From Vampirovibrionales bacterium (GTDB lineage: Bacteria > Cyanobacteriota > Vampirovibrionia > Vampirovibrionales > Vampirovibrionaceae): a stretch of DNA of 64,000 nucleotides. The notes beneath the pieces were generated by a model, which saw only the letters and a list, made by a program, of their open reading frames with translations, was not told where the DNA came from and did no database searches. Below, piece by piece: positions 51,020-61,074 of this stretch (position 1 is its first letter; every line of letters starts with the position of its first letter). The stretch lies in the NCBI GenBank assembly GCA_035285165.1, contig JAYKHP010000018.1:145486-209485 (forward strand), read 5' to 3'. The position numbers and the translations under genes were made by a program.

Positions 51020-51253
51020 CTAAGTGCTTCCCACCAGGCGATTGGGAAAGTAATATTCCCAGCGCTTGATGCTGCCGCAATCCTTGCAAAGCGCGAACTG
51101 GTTCATAAACATCAGGTCGGCCACAAAAGATTGCTCATTGATGGCGACTTCGACTTCCTGGTGCTCATTAATGCGAATGGCCACCGATCCTTGATACTCC
51201 GGTTGAAGCACAAGGTCAAACAATAAGCTGTCGCAGTCTTTGCATTTGAACAC
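51020..51253 (-). CDS. small CxxC...CxxC zinc-ribbon hypothetical protein
   Basis: 77 aa with two Cys pairs (CKDCDS and CKDCGS) at the two ends; divergent from dxr. Coding status uncertain. Confidence 0.35.
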   Translation of the reverse strand: MFKCKDCDSLLFDLVLQPEYQGSVAIRINEHQEVEVAINEQSFVADLMFMNQFALCKDCGSIKRWEYYFPNRLVGST

Positions 51254-51678
51254 TGAGGTACACTCCCAAGTTTGCGTTATGCCGATAAAAAAGGAACCGG
51301 TCTTATCATCGGGCTTATCGGGCTTATCGACACAGGCGCGCTTATCTTGATTGATTTATCACAATGCATCGGGCCCAGGATAAGGCGCGTGCTTTAAGCC
51401 GGTTAAACAACGGGATATTTCACCGGGTACTTTCTGAAACCTGCTTGTACTGGCCAAAAACCATTACAAACGACCTGTGTTAGGATAAGATTCTGATGTT
51501 GTTCGCCGTGCCCTAAACGGAGACAACTCCCATGTTTTGCTTCGTTCACTTGCCCTTATCATATCGTCACATGGGGGAAAAGCTGCAACAAAATAGCGCT
51601 TATGGTTACGGTTCCTTAACATCCACGATGGTAAAGCATTAAAACAATCATTAATACTGGGAGTTTTACCCTTTTTAT

Positions 51679-52899
51679 ATGGCAAACGTATTGAATAATG
51701 ATAGAAAGCATCTATGTGTTCTTGGCTCCACCGGTTCTATCGGGACGCAAGTCCTTGATGTTGTCCGTCATTTTCCCAATTGCTTTAAGGTTGAAGCCTT
51801 GGCTGCGGGTAAAAACATTGCCCTGCTTGCCGAACAAATCATTGAGTTCAGGCCGAGCCACGTTGTCATCAAGGACAGTGAGGACATTGCGGCGTTAAAG
51901 TCGTTACTGGTGGCTGCCGCCATAAAGCCGCTACCCGAAATTATCTCAACGGCGATGGCAATGGACGACCTTGCCGCAATGCCTGAAGTGGATACGGTTA
52001 TTGTTGGGCTGGTGGGGCTGACGGGACTGGCGCCCACGATGAGCGCCCTTCAGGCGGGCAAGCGTGTTTTAAGCGCCAACAAGGAAACTTTCGTCGCGGG
52101 CGGGCATTTGGCAAAACCCTACCTGAAACAGATTATCCCGCTTGATAGCGAGCATTCGGCGATTTTTCAATGCCTGGCGGGAGCAAGCTGCAGCGAAATC
52201 GCAAAAATCGTTCTCACGGCCTCCGGGGGGCCTTTCAGAAAGCTTGGCGCGGAGGCGCTGGCTAATGTGAGCACGGCTGATGCATTGAAGCATCCCAATT
52301 GGGTCATGGGCCAGAAAGTGACCATTGATTCAGCCACCCTGATGAACAAGGGACTCGAAGTGATTGAAGCCCACTGGCTCTTTGGCGTGGATTATCCGCA
52401 GATTGAGGTGGTGATTCACCCGCAAAGCATTGTCCATAGCGGCGTCACGTTTGTGGATGGTGTTTCTCTCCTGCAACTGGGCGCACCCGATATGCGCGCC
52501 CCCATCCAGTACGGCATGTTTTACCCCAACCGGGTGGAAACGCCTTTTGACGCTTGCAAATTCTCTATAGAAAGCCTGAACCGCCTGGACTTTGAGCCCC
52601 CTGACAAGCAGCGTTTCCCTTGCCTGGAGCTGGCCTACGAGGCAGGGCGTATCGGAGGCAGCATGCCTGCCGTTCTCAATGCCGCCGATGAAATCGCCGT
52701 CCAACTCTTCCTGGCGGAAAAAATCGGACTGATGGACATTCCCCGCCTGATTGAAAAAACCATGGCGAAACACCATGGGGACGGGGTTGTCAGCGCGCCA
52801 AGCCTGGCAGAAATCCGCACGATTGATCACTGGGCGAGGACGACGGTGACGATGCTGGCAAACCACCATCCGGCTGGACTTTTATCCATATCCCATTAA
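51679..52899 (+). CDS. dxr: 1-deoxy-D-xylulose 5-phosphate reductoisomerase
   Basis: LCVLGSTGSIGTQVLDV (NADPH-binding) and LSANKETFVAGGH...IPLDSEHSAIFQCL...LTASGGPFR (Dxr signatures). Confidence 0.9.
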   Translation: MANVLNNDRKHLCVLGSTGSIGTQVLDVVRHFPNCFKVEALAAGKNIALLAEQIIEFRPSHVVIKDSEDIAALKSLLVAAAIKPLPEIISTAMAMDDLAAMPEVDTVIVGLVGLTGLAPTMSALQAGKRVLSANKETFVAGGHLAKPYLKQIIPLDSEHSAIFQCLAGASCSEIAKIVLTASGGPFRKLGAEALANVSTADALKHPNWVMGQKVTIDSATLMNKGLEVIEAHWLFGVDYPQIEVVIHPQSIVHSGVTFVDGVSLLQLGAPDMRAPIQYGMFYPNRVETPFDACKFSIESLNRLDFEPPDKQRFPCLELAYEAGRIGGSMPAVLNAADEIAVQLFLAEKIGLMDIPRLIEKTMAKHHGDGVVSAPSLAEIRTIDHWARTTVTMLANHHPAGLLSISH

Positions 52900-52961
52900 A
52901 ATCCCTTACTAAAGATCCCTTGTCGTTTCAAAGCCCATGCCTGAATGGTCGATAGAGGGAT

Positions 52962-53429
52962 ATGCACAGTTCAGTAAAAACATTGGCAACGGGCCTGCTT
53001 CTGGCCTTCTGTATCGGCTCTCATGAGGCCGACGCATGGTCTTTGACCGAGTCTTTACCCAAGTTTTTACCATGGAAAAAGGGACAGAATGCCAAAACGG
53101 GACAGGTAGTCAATCCGGCTGAAAACAGGCGCTATTACGACGTTTATCTTGTGGGCAACCAGATGTGCCGACAATGCGCCATAATCCCTGTCAACGAATA
53201 CCAGATGGGCCTGGTGAACAAAGCGGGGAAAAGCGTCGTGGTTCGCTCTGTCGATATCGTGGGCGTCGATACCCATCCTTTCATGCGCAAAGTACTGGAG
53301 CGAATCGTTCGGGATACCGACATTGTGGGAGAAATCATCACCGCGCCTGGCTATGACCCCTTACAAAGCTGGCGTGATGAGATTCGCGAACGCCCGGCAC
53401 CAAGCCCCGTCAACGAACCGGAGGGGTAG
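52962..53429 (+). CDS. secreted hypothetical protein
   Basis: Signal peptide MHSSVKTLATGLLLAFCIGSHEADA; 155 aa. Confidence 0.45.
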   Translation: MHSSVKTLATGLLLAFCIGSHEADAWSLTESLPKFLPWKKGQNAKTGQVVNPAENRRYYDVYLVGNQMCRQCAIIPVNEYQMGLVNKAGKSVVVRSVDIVGVDTHPFMRKVLERIVRDTDIVGEIITAPGYDPLQSWRDEIRERPAPSPVNEPEG

Positions 53430-54016
53430 AGATCCTACTTCGTGTCCGATGGCTGGCTACAATTATGTCGAATGGCGCCGATTATACCAGCGGCAAAAAT
53501 CATGGCGGCAAAGTACTCGCATATAGGGCAGGCCAAAACGCCTGAAATGATGACAAGAACACTCCAGAAGGGGTGTCGTCGTATTTGAGAAATAATGGCA
53601 ACGAAGAAGCTTTTCACCCGCCTTATGGGGCAGCGTCCCGGAGCTTTCTCCAACTCGTGCAAAGCGTGTTGGATATCTTCATCGTCAGGCATGCGGCTTC
53701 CCTTTTTAATAAATCACGATTATTTGCCATCAGCTTAGGTGTTTATCGGTCAAATCCCCGCTTTCTACAATTACTGTTCTCCAATGCCTGCGCTTCAGAA
53801 AATGTCGAGGGATATATCCGGTGCATATCCTATGAAAACATCTCGTTTACAAAACGGTTACGCAAGCAATCCGTTTTCAAAGCTTGTTTTTGTTTATATA
53901 TATTAGAATTTATATATCAATAGAGAAGCGCAGAGAGAGTTTTTCAAAGCCCCTGACCAAAAGCAAAATCTCCCCAAGCAAATTCTCCCCATGTAAATTC
54001 TCCAAGGAGTATCTTT

Positions 54017-54535
54017 ATGGTTGCCAGTATCGGCCAGTTGATTCCCGGCGCAGTTCCAGCAACGGCAGCATCGACCGTTCCCACGTTTCCGCAGGCGCCA
54101 GTGCAAGCCGCAGCCCCAATGGCCCTGGCGGCACCCGTCATGGCGGCTCCGCAAGACCAGCAAATGGCGGCCTTGAGCCAACAGATTATGCAGTTGATGA
54201 GTATGTTTCAGACCATGATGGCGGCACCTCAGCCCGTGGCGGCACCGGCGGCAGATCCGGCGGCGGCACAGGGCGAAGAAGAGAACGAGGATGACGGTGG
54301 TCTGCTCGGCGGCCTGCTAGGTGGCCTGGGTGATATTGGAGACACGATTCAGAATGCCCTGGATGACGCCGGTGTTGGCGACATCGCTGAGACGGTTCAG
54401 AATGCCCTGGATGATGCCGGTGTTGGCGACATCGCTGAGACGGTTCAGAATGCCCTGGATGACGCCGGTGTTGGTGACATCGCTGAAACGGTTCAGAATG
54501 CCCTGGATGATGCGGGCGTTGGCGGCAACGATTAA
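54017..54535 (+). CDS. hypothetical protein with an Ala/Pro/Met-rich region and four C-terminal 16-aa tandem repeats (VGDIAETVQNALDDAG)
   Basis: Strong SD (AAGGAG) 8 nt upstream. The repeats are near-identical at nucleotide level (48-bp units). A terminator follows. Confidence 0.55.
   Translation: MVASIGQLIPGAVPATAASTVPTFPQAPVQAAAPMALAAPVMAAPQDQQMAALSQQIMQLMSMFQTMMAAPQPVAAPAADPAAAQGEEENEDDGGLLGGLLGGLGDIGDTIQNALDDAGVGDIAETVQNALDDAGVGDIAETVQNALDDAGVGDIAETVQNALDDAGVGGND
54329..54532 (+). repeat. 48-bp tandem coding repeat: three near-perfect copies flanked by two degenerate copies
   Basis: The unit GATGA(C/T)GCCGGTGTTGGCGACATCGCTGAGACGGTTCAGAATGCCCTG is repeated head-to-tail, and only third-position changes are visible. 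Confidence 0.85.
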
Positions 54536-54558
54536 TCCAGTTAAAAACCAAGCTTTAA

Positions 54559-54596
54559 AAAAGCCTTTGGCCCGGAGCCAGAGGCTTTTTAGGTTT
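54559..54596 (+). terminator. rho-independent terminator
   Basis: AAGCCTTTGG...CCAGAGGCTT hairpin followed by TTTTAGGTTTT. Confidence 0.55.
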
Positions 54597-54866
54597 TCAG
54601 CTCAAAGCGGTTGCAACACAAAAAAAAATGTTACAATACACGGCATAAGCAATAGGAGAGTTGGGTCAGCGAGTGTGCGGCGAAAAAGTAAATAATGGAA
54701 AAAAGTAAATAAAAGATAACAGCCGCGCTTGAAAAATCAAATGACTGAATCACATGACAATCAATCGTGTCGATATAGTCGACAGCTCTGGCATTTTTAA
54801 AAACCGGTTTTCAAGTTGTTCCCTTGTATTCCGTGTAAAAAATAGAGAGAAAGAGAGAACCATTCC

Positions 54867-55358
54867 ATGAAAAATATCTGGGCAAAAACAATTAGCTCTA
54901 AAAAACTTGGCGCTTGGCTTATGCTTGGCGCAATGGCTGCTTCCATCACAGTTGTCAGCGCCTACGCCGATGATGAGGAAACGCTAAATACCACCACCAA
55001 CGAAACGGCCAGTGAAAGCACCGTTGAACCCGGGCCTTTCACCAGCAAGTATCCTGTTGCCTCCCACATCGTAACCTCGCCGCTGCGTTTGGTGACAACG
55101 GCCACGGCAGGGACGATGGGTCTTATCGGTGGTATCTTCAAAGGCACCGGCACCGGGGTACAGGATTCGTTGGATTACGCCGCCGACTTTGGCCCCAAGG
55201 GCGACGACATCGTTGATCGCTCCACGCATGGGGCGTTGTATGTCCCTACGGCAACGGTTGGAACACTTTATTTTGTTCCTAAAAACATCGCCGTTGAAGG
55301 TGGCAAGAGCGCCTGGGATTTAGGCTCCCGTGGCTACCAATGGTGGAACCGCCTCTAA
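54867..55358 (+). CDS. secreted hypothetical protein
   Basis: Lipoprotein-like signal peptide (KKLGAWLMLGAMAASITVVSAYA). 163 aa, rich in Thr and Gly. Confidence 0.5.
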   Translation: MKNIWAKTISSKKLGAWLMLGAMAASITVVSAYADDEETLNTTTNETASESTVEPGPFTSKYPVASHIVTSPLRLVTTATAGTMGLIGGIFKGTGTGVQDSLDYAADFGPKGDDIVDRSTHGALYVPTATVGTLYFVPKNIAVEGGKSAWDLGSRGYQWWNRL

Positions 55359-55408
55359 TCCAATTAATAAGTTTCAAAAACCCAGTGTATTAACGGAGTA
55401 AACTCAAA

Positions 55409-55642
55409 ATGTGGAAAGACCCCAAATTTGTCCAGAAAATGGCCTTTTATGGGGTCTTTTACATTTTGTTCGCTGTCTTTATCACCGTGGGGTTTTTCAC
55501 GAAGGATTATATCCGCCCGATAGCTTCTTTAATGGTGCCCATTAACGATAAGCCTTTTGCTTACACCTTCCTGGTACTGACTGCCATGTATTGGGGCATC
55601 GTGCTTGTCACAGAGCTGTTGATCAAAAAAAAGCAACCTTAA
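55409..55642 (+). CDS. small two-TM membrane protein, hypothetical
   Basis: 77-aa ORF with two hydrophobic helices, immediately upstream of crcB; possibly co-transcribed. Confidence 0.4.
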   Translation: MWKDPKFVQKMAFYGVFYILFAVFITVGFFTKDYIRPIASLMVPINDKPFAYTFLVLTAMYWGIVLVTELLIKKKQP

Positions 55643-55676
55643 ATTGGTTATTTTTGTTATGGGGGAAATGGCGCAT

Positions 55677-56069
55677 ATGCTTTGGGTGTTTATCGGCGGC
55701 GGCCTGGGATCTATGCTTCGCCTCTTGGTCAGTGCACAGCTTCAAGCTGCAGGTGGTGGTTTTCCATTGGGCACCCTTACCGTTAACGTTTTTGGGTGTC
55801 TTGCAATTGGAGCCCTGGCAGGATTCCCGAACACCACCCAAAACGCCCATGGATATTTCACCTATCCTTACCGGCTCTTTCTCATTACCGGCTTTCTTGG
55901 CGGGTTTACCACATTTTCGTCCTATGCCTTTGAAAGCTTCTGGCTTTTCAAAAACGGAGAGAGCGAAAAAGCGCTTTGGAACCTGGCGATGAATGTTATT
56001 TTGGGCATGATTGCCGTTTTGCTTGGTTTTTACTGCATGCGTTTCGTGCTGGGCACCCGCCAAGGATAG
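55677..56069 (+). CDS. crcB: fluoride ion channel CrcB/Fluc
   Basis: MLWVFIGGGLGSMLR...GTLTVNVFGCLAIGAL...GFLGGFTTFSSYAFE matches the CrcB signature. The alternative upstream start at 55644 would overlap the preceding ORF. Confidence 0.8.
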   Translation: MLWVFIGGGLGSMLRLLVSAQLQAAGGGFPLGTLTVNVFGCLAIGALAGFPNTTQNAHGYFTYPYRLFLITGFLGGFTTFSSYAFESFWLFKNGESEKALWNLAMNVILGMIAVLLGFYCMRFVLGTRQG

Positions 56070-57004
56070 TTTTTGTAAAAAAAAATCTCAAGACTGGCTT
56101 GGGTTAGCGGCTTTCGTTACGGAACACCATAAAATCCCTTGCCATATGAGAAATTTCATACTAATATAGTCTTGTCTCAGAATGAAATGTTTTCAATTTA
56201 TTCGTTCGCTGCTATTCTCTAGCACGATGAGTGTTCTGGTCAGTTAGCCCCTCGCTTGAGTGTGTTACTCCCCCCTCACGGTGCTTTCGCCCTGATTTGA
56301 TATCGTTTGATATCAATAAAGAAATCGCGACATTAGCATCTTGCTTGCTTCTAAGGTGTGAGATTCCGTAGGAAATGCGACACAAACTCTTTTCGACTTT
56401 AACGCCTGAACCTGACTGAAATAAAAAGCATCTCAACTCTGAAAAAAAACTGTATGGGCGCCATTGGCCTTGAGGAAGGCGACTGGTTACAAACTGCTTA
56501 CGGCTCATCATCCCGTCAGCACACTCTCCCCCGATACTCTCATTTGACATTCACAGGGTAATTTTCTAAAACACCATTTTCATAACGCGCTTACCAAGTT
56601 GTAAAAACGAACAAGTGTACAAAAGTGTGCAAAAAGGATGTTAGGGATGAACGGTCCGCTTTTTTCATCTGCGGTTTTTTCAGTTGCTAACCTTCAGACG
56701 CCAGCGGCCTCTGTGCCAAAGGCGCAGGATCTTGGCCTGCTTTGGGCGGGTTGGTACTCACCGGAAGCAGCCGCTTCCACCCCCGCACCTATCCAACCCT
56801 CAACGCTTCGCCACTCGTCAACCAACAGCAAGTGGAACTGGCTGGCATAGTAACGCGCAGAATCAACAATCATTCGCCTTTCAACTGAACAAATTTAGAG
56901 AGAGACTTTTCTAACACCGTTTTAAGCGGCGTCTGTTTGCTGTAAAAGCGGTAAGTGGGACAGTGGTAATTGGTAATCGGCCCGCTTTTTGTTAAAGTGC
57001 CCTC

Positions 57005-58723
57005 ATGCGCCTTGCTTCTCTCCGTTTTTCACATTGTCCTGACTGGCTTTTCATCACGCTGCTGATGCTGTTTTCAGCCGCCATTAAACTGGTGGGCATC
57101 AGCCAAGTCAGTCTGTGGATTGATGAAGCCTACTCGTTTCTGGTGGCCAACGGGCACCCTTACCCCGAAAAGCTCAGCCGCTTTCCGCAAAGCGTGGCTC
57201 AAGTTTATGACGCCTACCTTGCCTGGCAGCCGCTGGGTTGGACACAGCTTATCGCCAGTCTCAAGCAAAATGTCCATTTGCCGCAGTATTACCTCCTGCT
57301 TAATCCCTGGCTTGGCTGGGTGGGCAATGACGCCTTCGGATTGCGCAGCTTTTCTACGCTTCTCAGTACGCTGACGCTTATTCCGTTTTATTACCTGGCG
57401 CTGGCCATTGGAAAGCGCCTATATACCAAGCCCGATAGCTTAAAAGAAGATGTCCAGAAGAAGTCCCGCCGCATGGCAATTTGGGGCAGCGTGCTGATGG
57501 CCTTTGTGCCGATGCAGCTTTATTACGCCCAGGAAGGCCGGATGTATGCGCTTTCAATGTTCTGGGCCGTCACCAGCGCGTTTGCGCTATGGCATTTGAC
57601 AGCCTATTTGCAGACACCCTCAACATCGCCTGCTAAAAAAACAGTCCTGTCGCTGGCTTACACGCTCACCCTTTTAGGCGGGCTAAGCAGCCATTACATG
57701 TTTGTCTTCTATCTCAGTTTTCATGGGCTGTATATCGCCCTGGCGTTCCTGCTGCACAGGCAGAAGCGGAATTTTTGGTTTTTCCTGATTCCGGTCTTTG
57801 CATGTGTCGGCCTTGCCTGGATTTGGTATCCCGTTTATAAAATCCAGCAGGCGGGCGTTTGGGAGAACTATCACTTTGCCAAGCAGTTGATGAAACCCAT
57901 GCGTTATATTTGCAAGTTTCCGCTGATGCCGATGGAATCCTTCGCCAACAACAACATCATCGCCAGGCTTTTTTACTTTCCGCTGGGGGCCGCCATGTTC
58001 TGGGGCTATCTGCTTTACCGGTTAGGATACGCGCAAAAAAAACCGGAGACGACAACACCTTTTTGGCAGCCTGAATTTAAATTTTCGGGCGCCTTCAGGC
58101 TCTATGCGGAAGGCTTTATCCTCTGCTGGCTTTTTACGCCGATTGTAACCCAGTGCGCTTATGACCTGTTAAAAGAAACACATACGACCGTCATTACCCG
58201 CTACCTGTTACTGGTAACACCGGCCGTTCCGTTATGGGGTGGCCTGGTGATGCAAAGCCTGGCTGAAAAATCAGCGGGCATTTACCAGCGCCTTAAAGCA
58301 CCGCTGCTGGCGATGATCCTGCTTTACGCCCTGGCGAGCGTCTTTAAGGAATCGCCAGCCTATATGCACAGCAACAAGAAAAATTTTGACACGGCCGCAG
58401 CCTATCTTGCAAAGCACCTGCGCGCTGGCGATCTGCTTTTTACCAACGGCCCACTGGGCGCGCCCAACCTGATGGTGTACTACCTGAAAAAAACCCACCC
58501 CACACTGCCGGTCATATACTGGGTGAAAGATTATAACGGGAAGGACACCCCTTTACCGGACATGCAAGCGCTTAGCGCTTACCAGCGCGTGTGGTTTTTC
58601 AATAACCGCAGCAACGAACGCCGAGGGCTGGATGTTGCAAGAGCCACTATCCAAGAAATTTATCCTAACTTTCATTCCAGAATCGATCCCGAGGGCCAGT
58701 TGGACCTCTACACCCGTCACTAA
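57005..58723 (+). CDS. GT-C fold membrane glycosyltransferase (ArnT/PMT-like, GT39/GT83 family)
   Basis: The N-terminal first periplasmic loop carries SLWIDEAYSF (the DE motif of ArnT/PMT-type GT-C enzymes). At least 11 TM helices, then a soluble C-terminal domain. Confidence 0.7.
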   Translation: MRLASLRFSHCPDWLFITLLMLFSAAIKLVGISQVSLWIDEAYSFLVANGHPYPEKLSRFPQSVAQVYDAYLAWQPLGWTQLIASLKQNVHLPQYYLLLNPWLGWVGNDAFGLRSFSTLLSTLTLIPFYYLALAIGKRLYTKPDSLKEDVQKKSRRMAIWGSVLMAFVPMQLYYAQEGRMYALSMFWAVTSAFALWHLTAYLQTPSTSPAKKTVLSLAYTLTLLGGLSSHYMFVFYLSFHGLYIALAFLLHRQKRNFWFFLIPVFACVGLAWIWYPVYKIQQAGVWENYHFAKQLMKPMRYICKFPLMPMESFANNNIIARLFYFPLGAAMFWGYLLYRLGYAQKKPETTTPFWQPEFKFSGAFRLYAEGFILCWLFTPIVTQCAYDLLKETHTTVITRYLLLVTPAVPLWGGLVMQSLAEKSAGIYQRLKAPLLAMILLYALASVFKESPAYMHSNKKNFDTAAAYLAKHLRAGDLLFTNGPLGAPNLMVYYLKKTHPTLPVIYWVKDYNGKDTPLPDMQALSAYQRVWFFNNRSNERRGLDVARATIQEIYPNFHSRIDPEGQLDLYTRH

Positions 58724-58992
58724 AGGCTCGTTGAATCTCCTGCTACACCAGCGTAAGCCCTAGCAGGTGGGGTATTTTCAAAAATGCTTGTTTTGCCCGC
58801 ACAGCAGAAAACAACAATGTCTAGTGAATACAACCATCCACATTTGAGGGCATTGCAAGCATTTTTGAAAATACCCCACCCGCTAGGGCTTCACATGATC
58901 AGGGCGAATGAGCCGTCTTGGTATAAAATAGAAAGTACAGAACCGCAAAATCACACTGCGCGTTATCGATTCAAGCAACAGCAAAGGGCTTT

Positions 58993-59742
58993 ATGCCAAT
59001 GTCCATTCTTCAGCCTGATTATCAGCAAGCAGCGCATCAGGAACCACAAGACACTTATGCCGCACCTTCCGTTCAAGGCGGAACGGTCATCACGCCGCAA
59101 GCAAGCGTTACCGAAGTGCAGTGGCATTTTGCCGTGCCCATTTACACCAAGCTTTTGCCGGGGTTTGAGTCACAACAGCAACCCCTGCTCGACTTGGTTC
59201 GCGAACGCTTTATCTCTCCCGACGCCACTCAGGAAAAAGCCCCTGCCGATCGCAGCACGCTCTATAATCCCTGGCACAGCGAAGCGAATCTTCATTTGCT
59301 CAATCATCCCGCCATCCAATGGTTTAATCGCGAAGTGGGCATTATGGCCCGCGACTGTATCGGCAGCCGAAACCCTCAAATGAGCGAATTTGACGTGTTA
59401 ATGGAATCCTGCTGGGCGACGATGTGTACCCAGGGAGGTTGGAGCCCGCCGCACAACCATTTTCCCGCGCAGTGGTCAGGCGTTCTGTTCCTGTGGGTTG
59501 AGCAGGCCATCAATGCCGAGGAACGAGAAGACAAGGGCGGTAAAATCGACTTTTTCAACCCCGTTCCCCTCTCCGCCGGTTTCGGCTTGCCCACCAGCGT
59601 CACCTACACCCCCAGGGACGGGCTTATGCTTTTATTCCCTGCCCTGCTTCAACATATGACACACCCGCTCACCAAAGACACGGGACGCTACTCCATTGCC
59701 TTTAACCTGAACATTGTTCCGCGCTCCAATAACCGCGTTTGA
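58993..59742 (+). CDS. TIGR02466-family protein (putative 2OG-Fe(II) oxygenase-like)
   Basis: WSPPHNHFPAQWSGVLFLWV...GGKIDFFNPVP...FPALLQHMTHP matches the conserved HNH.xxxWSGVxY...DP block of the family. Confidence 0.55.
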   Translation: MPMSILQPDYQQAAHQEPQDTYAAPSVQGGTVITPQASVTEVQWHFAVPIYTKLLPGFESQQQPLLDLVRERFISPDATQEKAPADRSTLYNPWHSEANLHLLNHPAIQWFNREVGIMARDCIGSRNPQMSEFDVLMESCWATMCTQGGWSPPHNHFPAQWSGVLFLWVEQAINAEEREDKGGKIDFFNPVPLSAGFGLPTSVTYTPRDGLMLLFPALLQHMTHPLTKDTGRYSIAFNLNIVPRSNNRV

Positions 59743-59987
59743 TACAAGCACTGAAAAAATTGCTCACGTTACCATTCGTGTGCTAATATATACTCCTTAT
59801 TACTTCTAACCTCGGTGTCTATTAAAAAGTTCGTATCCTGTTCTCTTTTGTAATGCCAGCTTAAGCATATCCATAGGATTTACCTTCCCTATCCTAAAGC
59901 GTTTCAGGCTTGGGTTTATGGTACTTTCTTTAAGATTGTCATTCCCTATTTCGTTGATCCAATGCGCACTGCTTACCGGGTGACTTC

Positions 59988-60542
59988 ATGTTTCAAATTC
60001 CCCAACGCCAATACTGGTCCTGCATGGGCGAAACCGTACTGAAAAAATCGCAGTACGACGCCGATGCGGCCAACGCGCGGGAAAATAACCGGAGCTACGC
60101 AGACCAGCTATCACGACAACAGACCCAGCAGCAGCTTCGGGTCACACTGCCCTCTCAAACGCAAAGTCCTTTTGTGCTGACAAGCCAGGCACCACCACAA
60201 CCGCCTGACACACCGACTCAGCGGTTTATCCAGACGCTTGCCCAAAACATCGTTCGTCCGTTTGTATTGATCCAGACGGCGTTACAGAATGCAGCCCAAC
60301 AGGTATCGCAAGCCATCTCGCAGACATTGCAGCAAGTCCCGGGCTTTATCGACAAAGCGATGAGCCAGGTACTGAGCTTCTTCTTCGGCTACAAAAAAGA
60401 CACCCGCGAGGAAAAGGAAAAGCGCGACCGAAATGACGCGGCGACCCTTGACATGTTTGGTGAAAGCGACTTGTTTGGAACAAGCGCAAGCAAAGTTGAG
60501 CAAAAAGAGAACAGCGGCATGGGTTCAGGAAGCCGTCAGTAA
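59988..60542 (+). CDS. Gln-rich hypothetical protein
   Basis: 184-aa low-complexity ORF; coding status uncertain. Confidence 0.35.
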   Translation: MFQIPQRQYWSCMGETVLKKSQYDADAANARENNRSYADQLSRQQTQQQLRVTLPSQTQSPFVLTSQAPPQPPDTPTQRFIQTLAQNIVRPFVLIQTALQNAAQQVSQAISQTLQQVPGFIDKAMSQVLSFFFGYKKDTREEKEKRDRNDAATLDMFGESDLFGTSASKVEQKENSGMGSGSRQ

Positions 60543-60570
60543 GAAATTAAGCGTTTTTCTACCAGGTTAC

Positions 60571-60966
60571 TTACCAGGGTTTTGGTTGAATGACATAAAA
60601 GCTGGTGACATAATTGGCCAGGCGGCAAAGGAGAAAAACGGCCGCTAAGTTCCGATGGAGTTTCAGCAGGCCGCGATTGCCCTTGAGGACTTTGAAGCCC
60701 AGGTAGGTGAGAACGGCATAGAGAATAACCGTGGCAAGCGACACGCTGACGTGAAAAAGCAGCAATGCGTGTGCGTCTGGCGTTTTAACGCTGGCGGCAA
60801 CCGTTTCGATGGCCTGGCGGTTGATTTCGATAATCAGCACCAACATGACATCCAGGCCGAATGCGGCCAACATCGCAGGGACGTGGATTTTCATGTCCCG
60901 GCGCTTCCACAGGCCAATGCCAATCAAGGCGAGGATAAACGTGGAAATAACGTGATAAATGCTCAT
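60571..60966 (-). CDS. DUF420-family four-TM membrane protein
   Basis: 131 aa with four hydrophobic helices, and the size and topology typical of DUF420 (YozB-like). Confidence 0.5.
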   Translation of the reverse strand: MSIYHVISTFILALIGIGLWKRRDMKIHVPAMLAAFGLDVMLVLIIEINRQAIETVAASVKTPDAHALLLFHVSVSLATVILYAVLTYLGFKVLKGNRGLLKLHRNLAAVFLLCRLANYVTSFYVIQPKPW

Positions 60967-61074
60967 GCCGCTCTTTCTAAGAAATTCTGTCGGTTTTAGC
61001 CCCTGACCTGCCGTGACGCTTGAAATAAGTTGCAGCCATTATAGCAGAAGGGATTTAAAAACAAGCACGATCAA

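Noticed and set aside
53435-53692. 85-aa minus-strand ORF with a CPxC motif and a hydrophobic stretch
   Set aside because: No SD, no known family, and it overlaps a + strand ORF (53573-53923) of equally poor quality. Insufficient evidence to call either; the region may be non-coding.
53884-54294. 136-aa ORF rich in Gly/Arg/Ser overlapping the repeat-protein gene
   Set aside because: Alternative frame of the 54017-54535 gene, which has a strong SD and a coherent repeat structure; the product is low-complexity.
54329-54532. Possible CRISPR array suggested by regular tandem repeats
   Set aside because: The repeats are contiguous 48-bp units with no unique spacers, are in-frame, and encode a peptide repeat. 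No cas genes are nearby.
55360-55680. Fluoride riboswitch (crcB motif) upstream of crcB
   Set aside because: I looked for the conserved fluoride-riboswitch core segments in the 300 nt upstream of both candidate starts and did not find them. crcB may be co-transcribed with the small membrane-protein gene.
58784-59383. 199-aa ORF overlapping the start of the TIGR02466-like gene
   Set aside because: Different frame, no motifs, and it overlaps the better-supported 58993-59742 gene.
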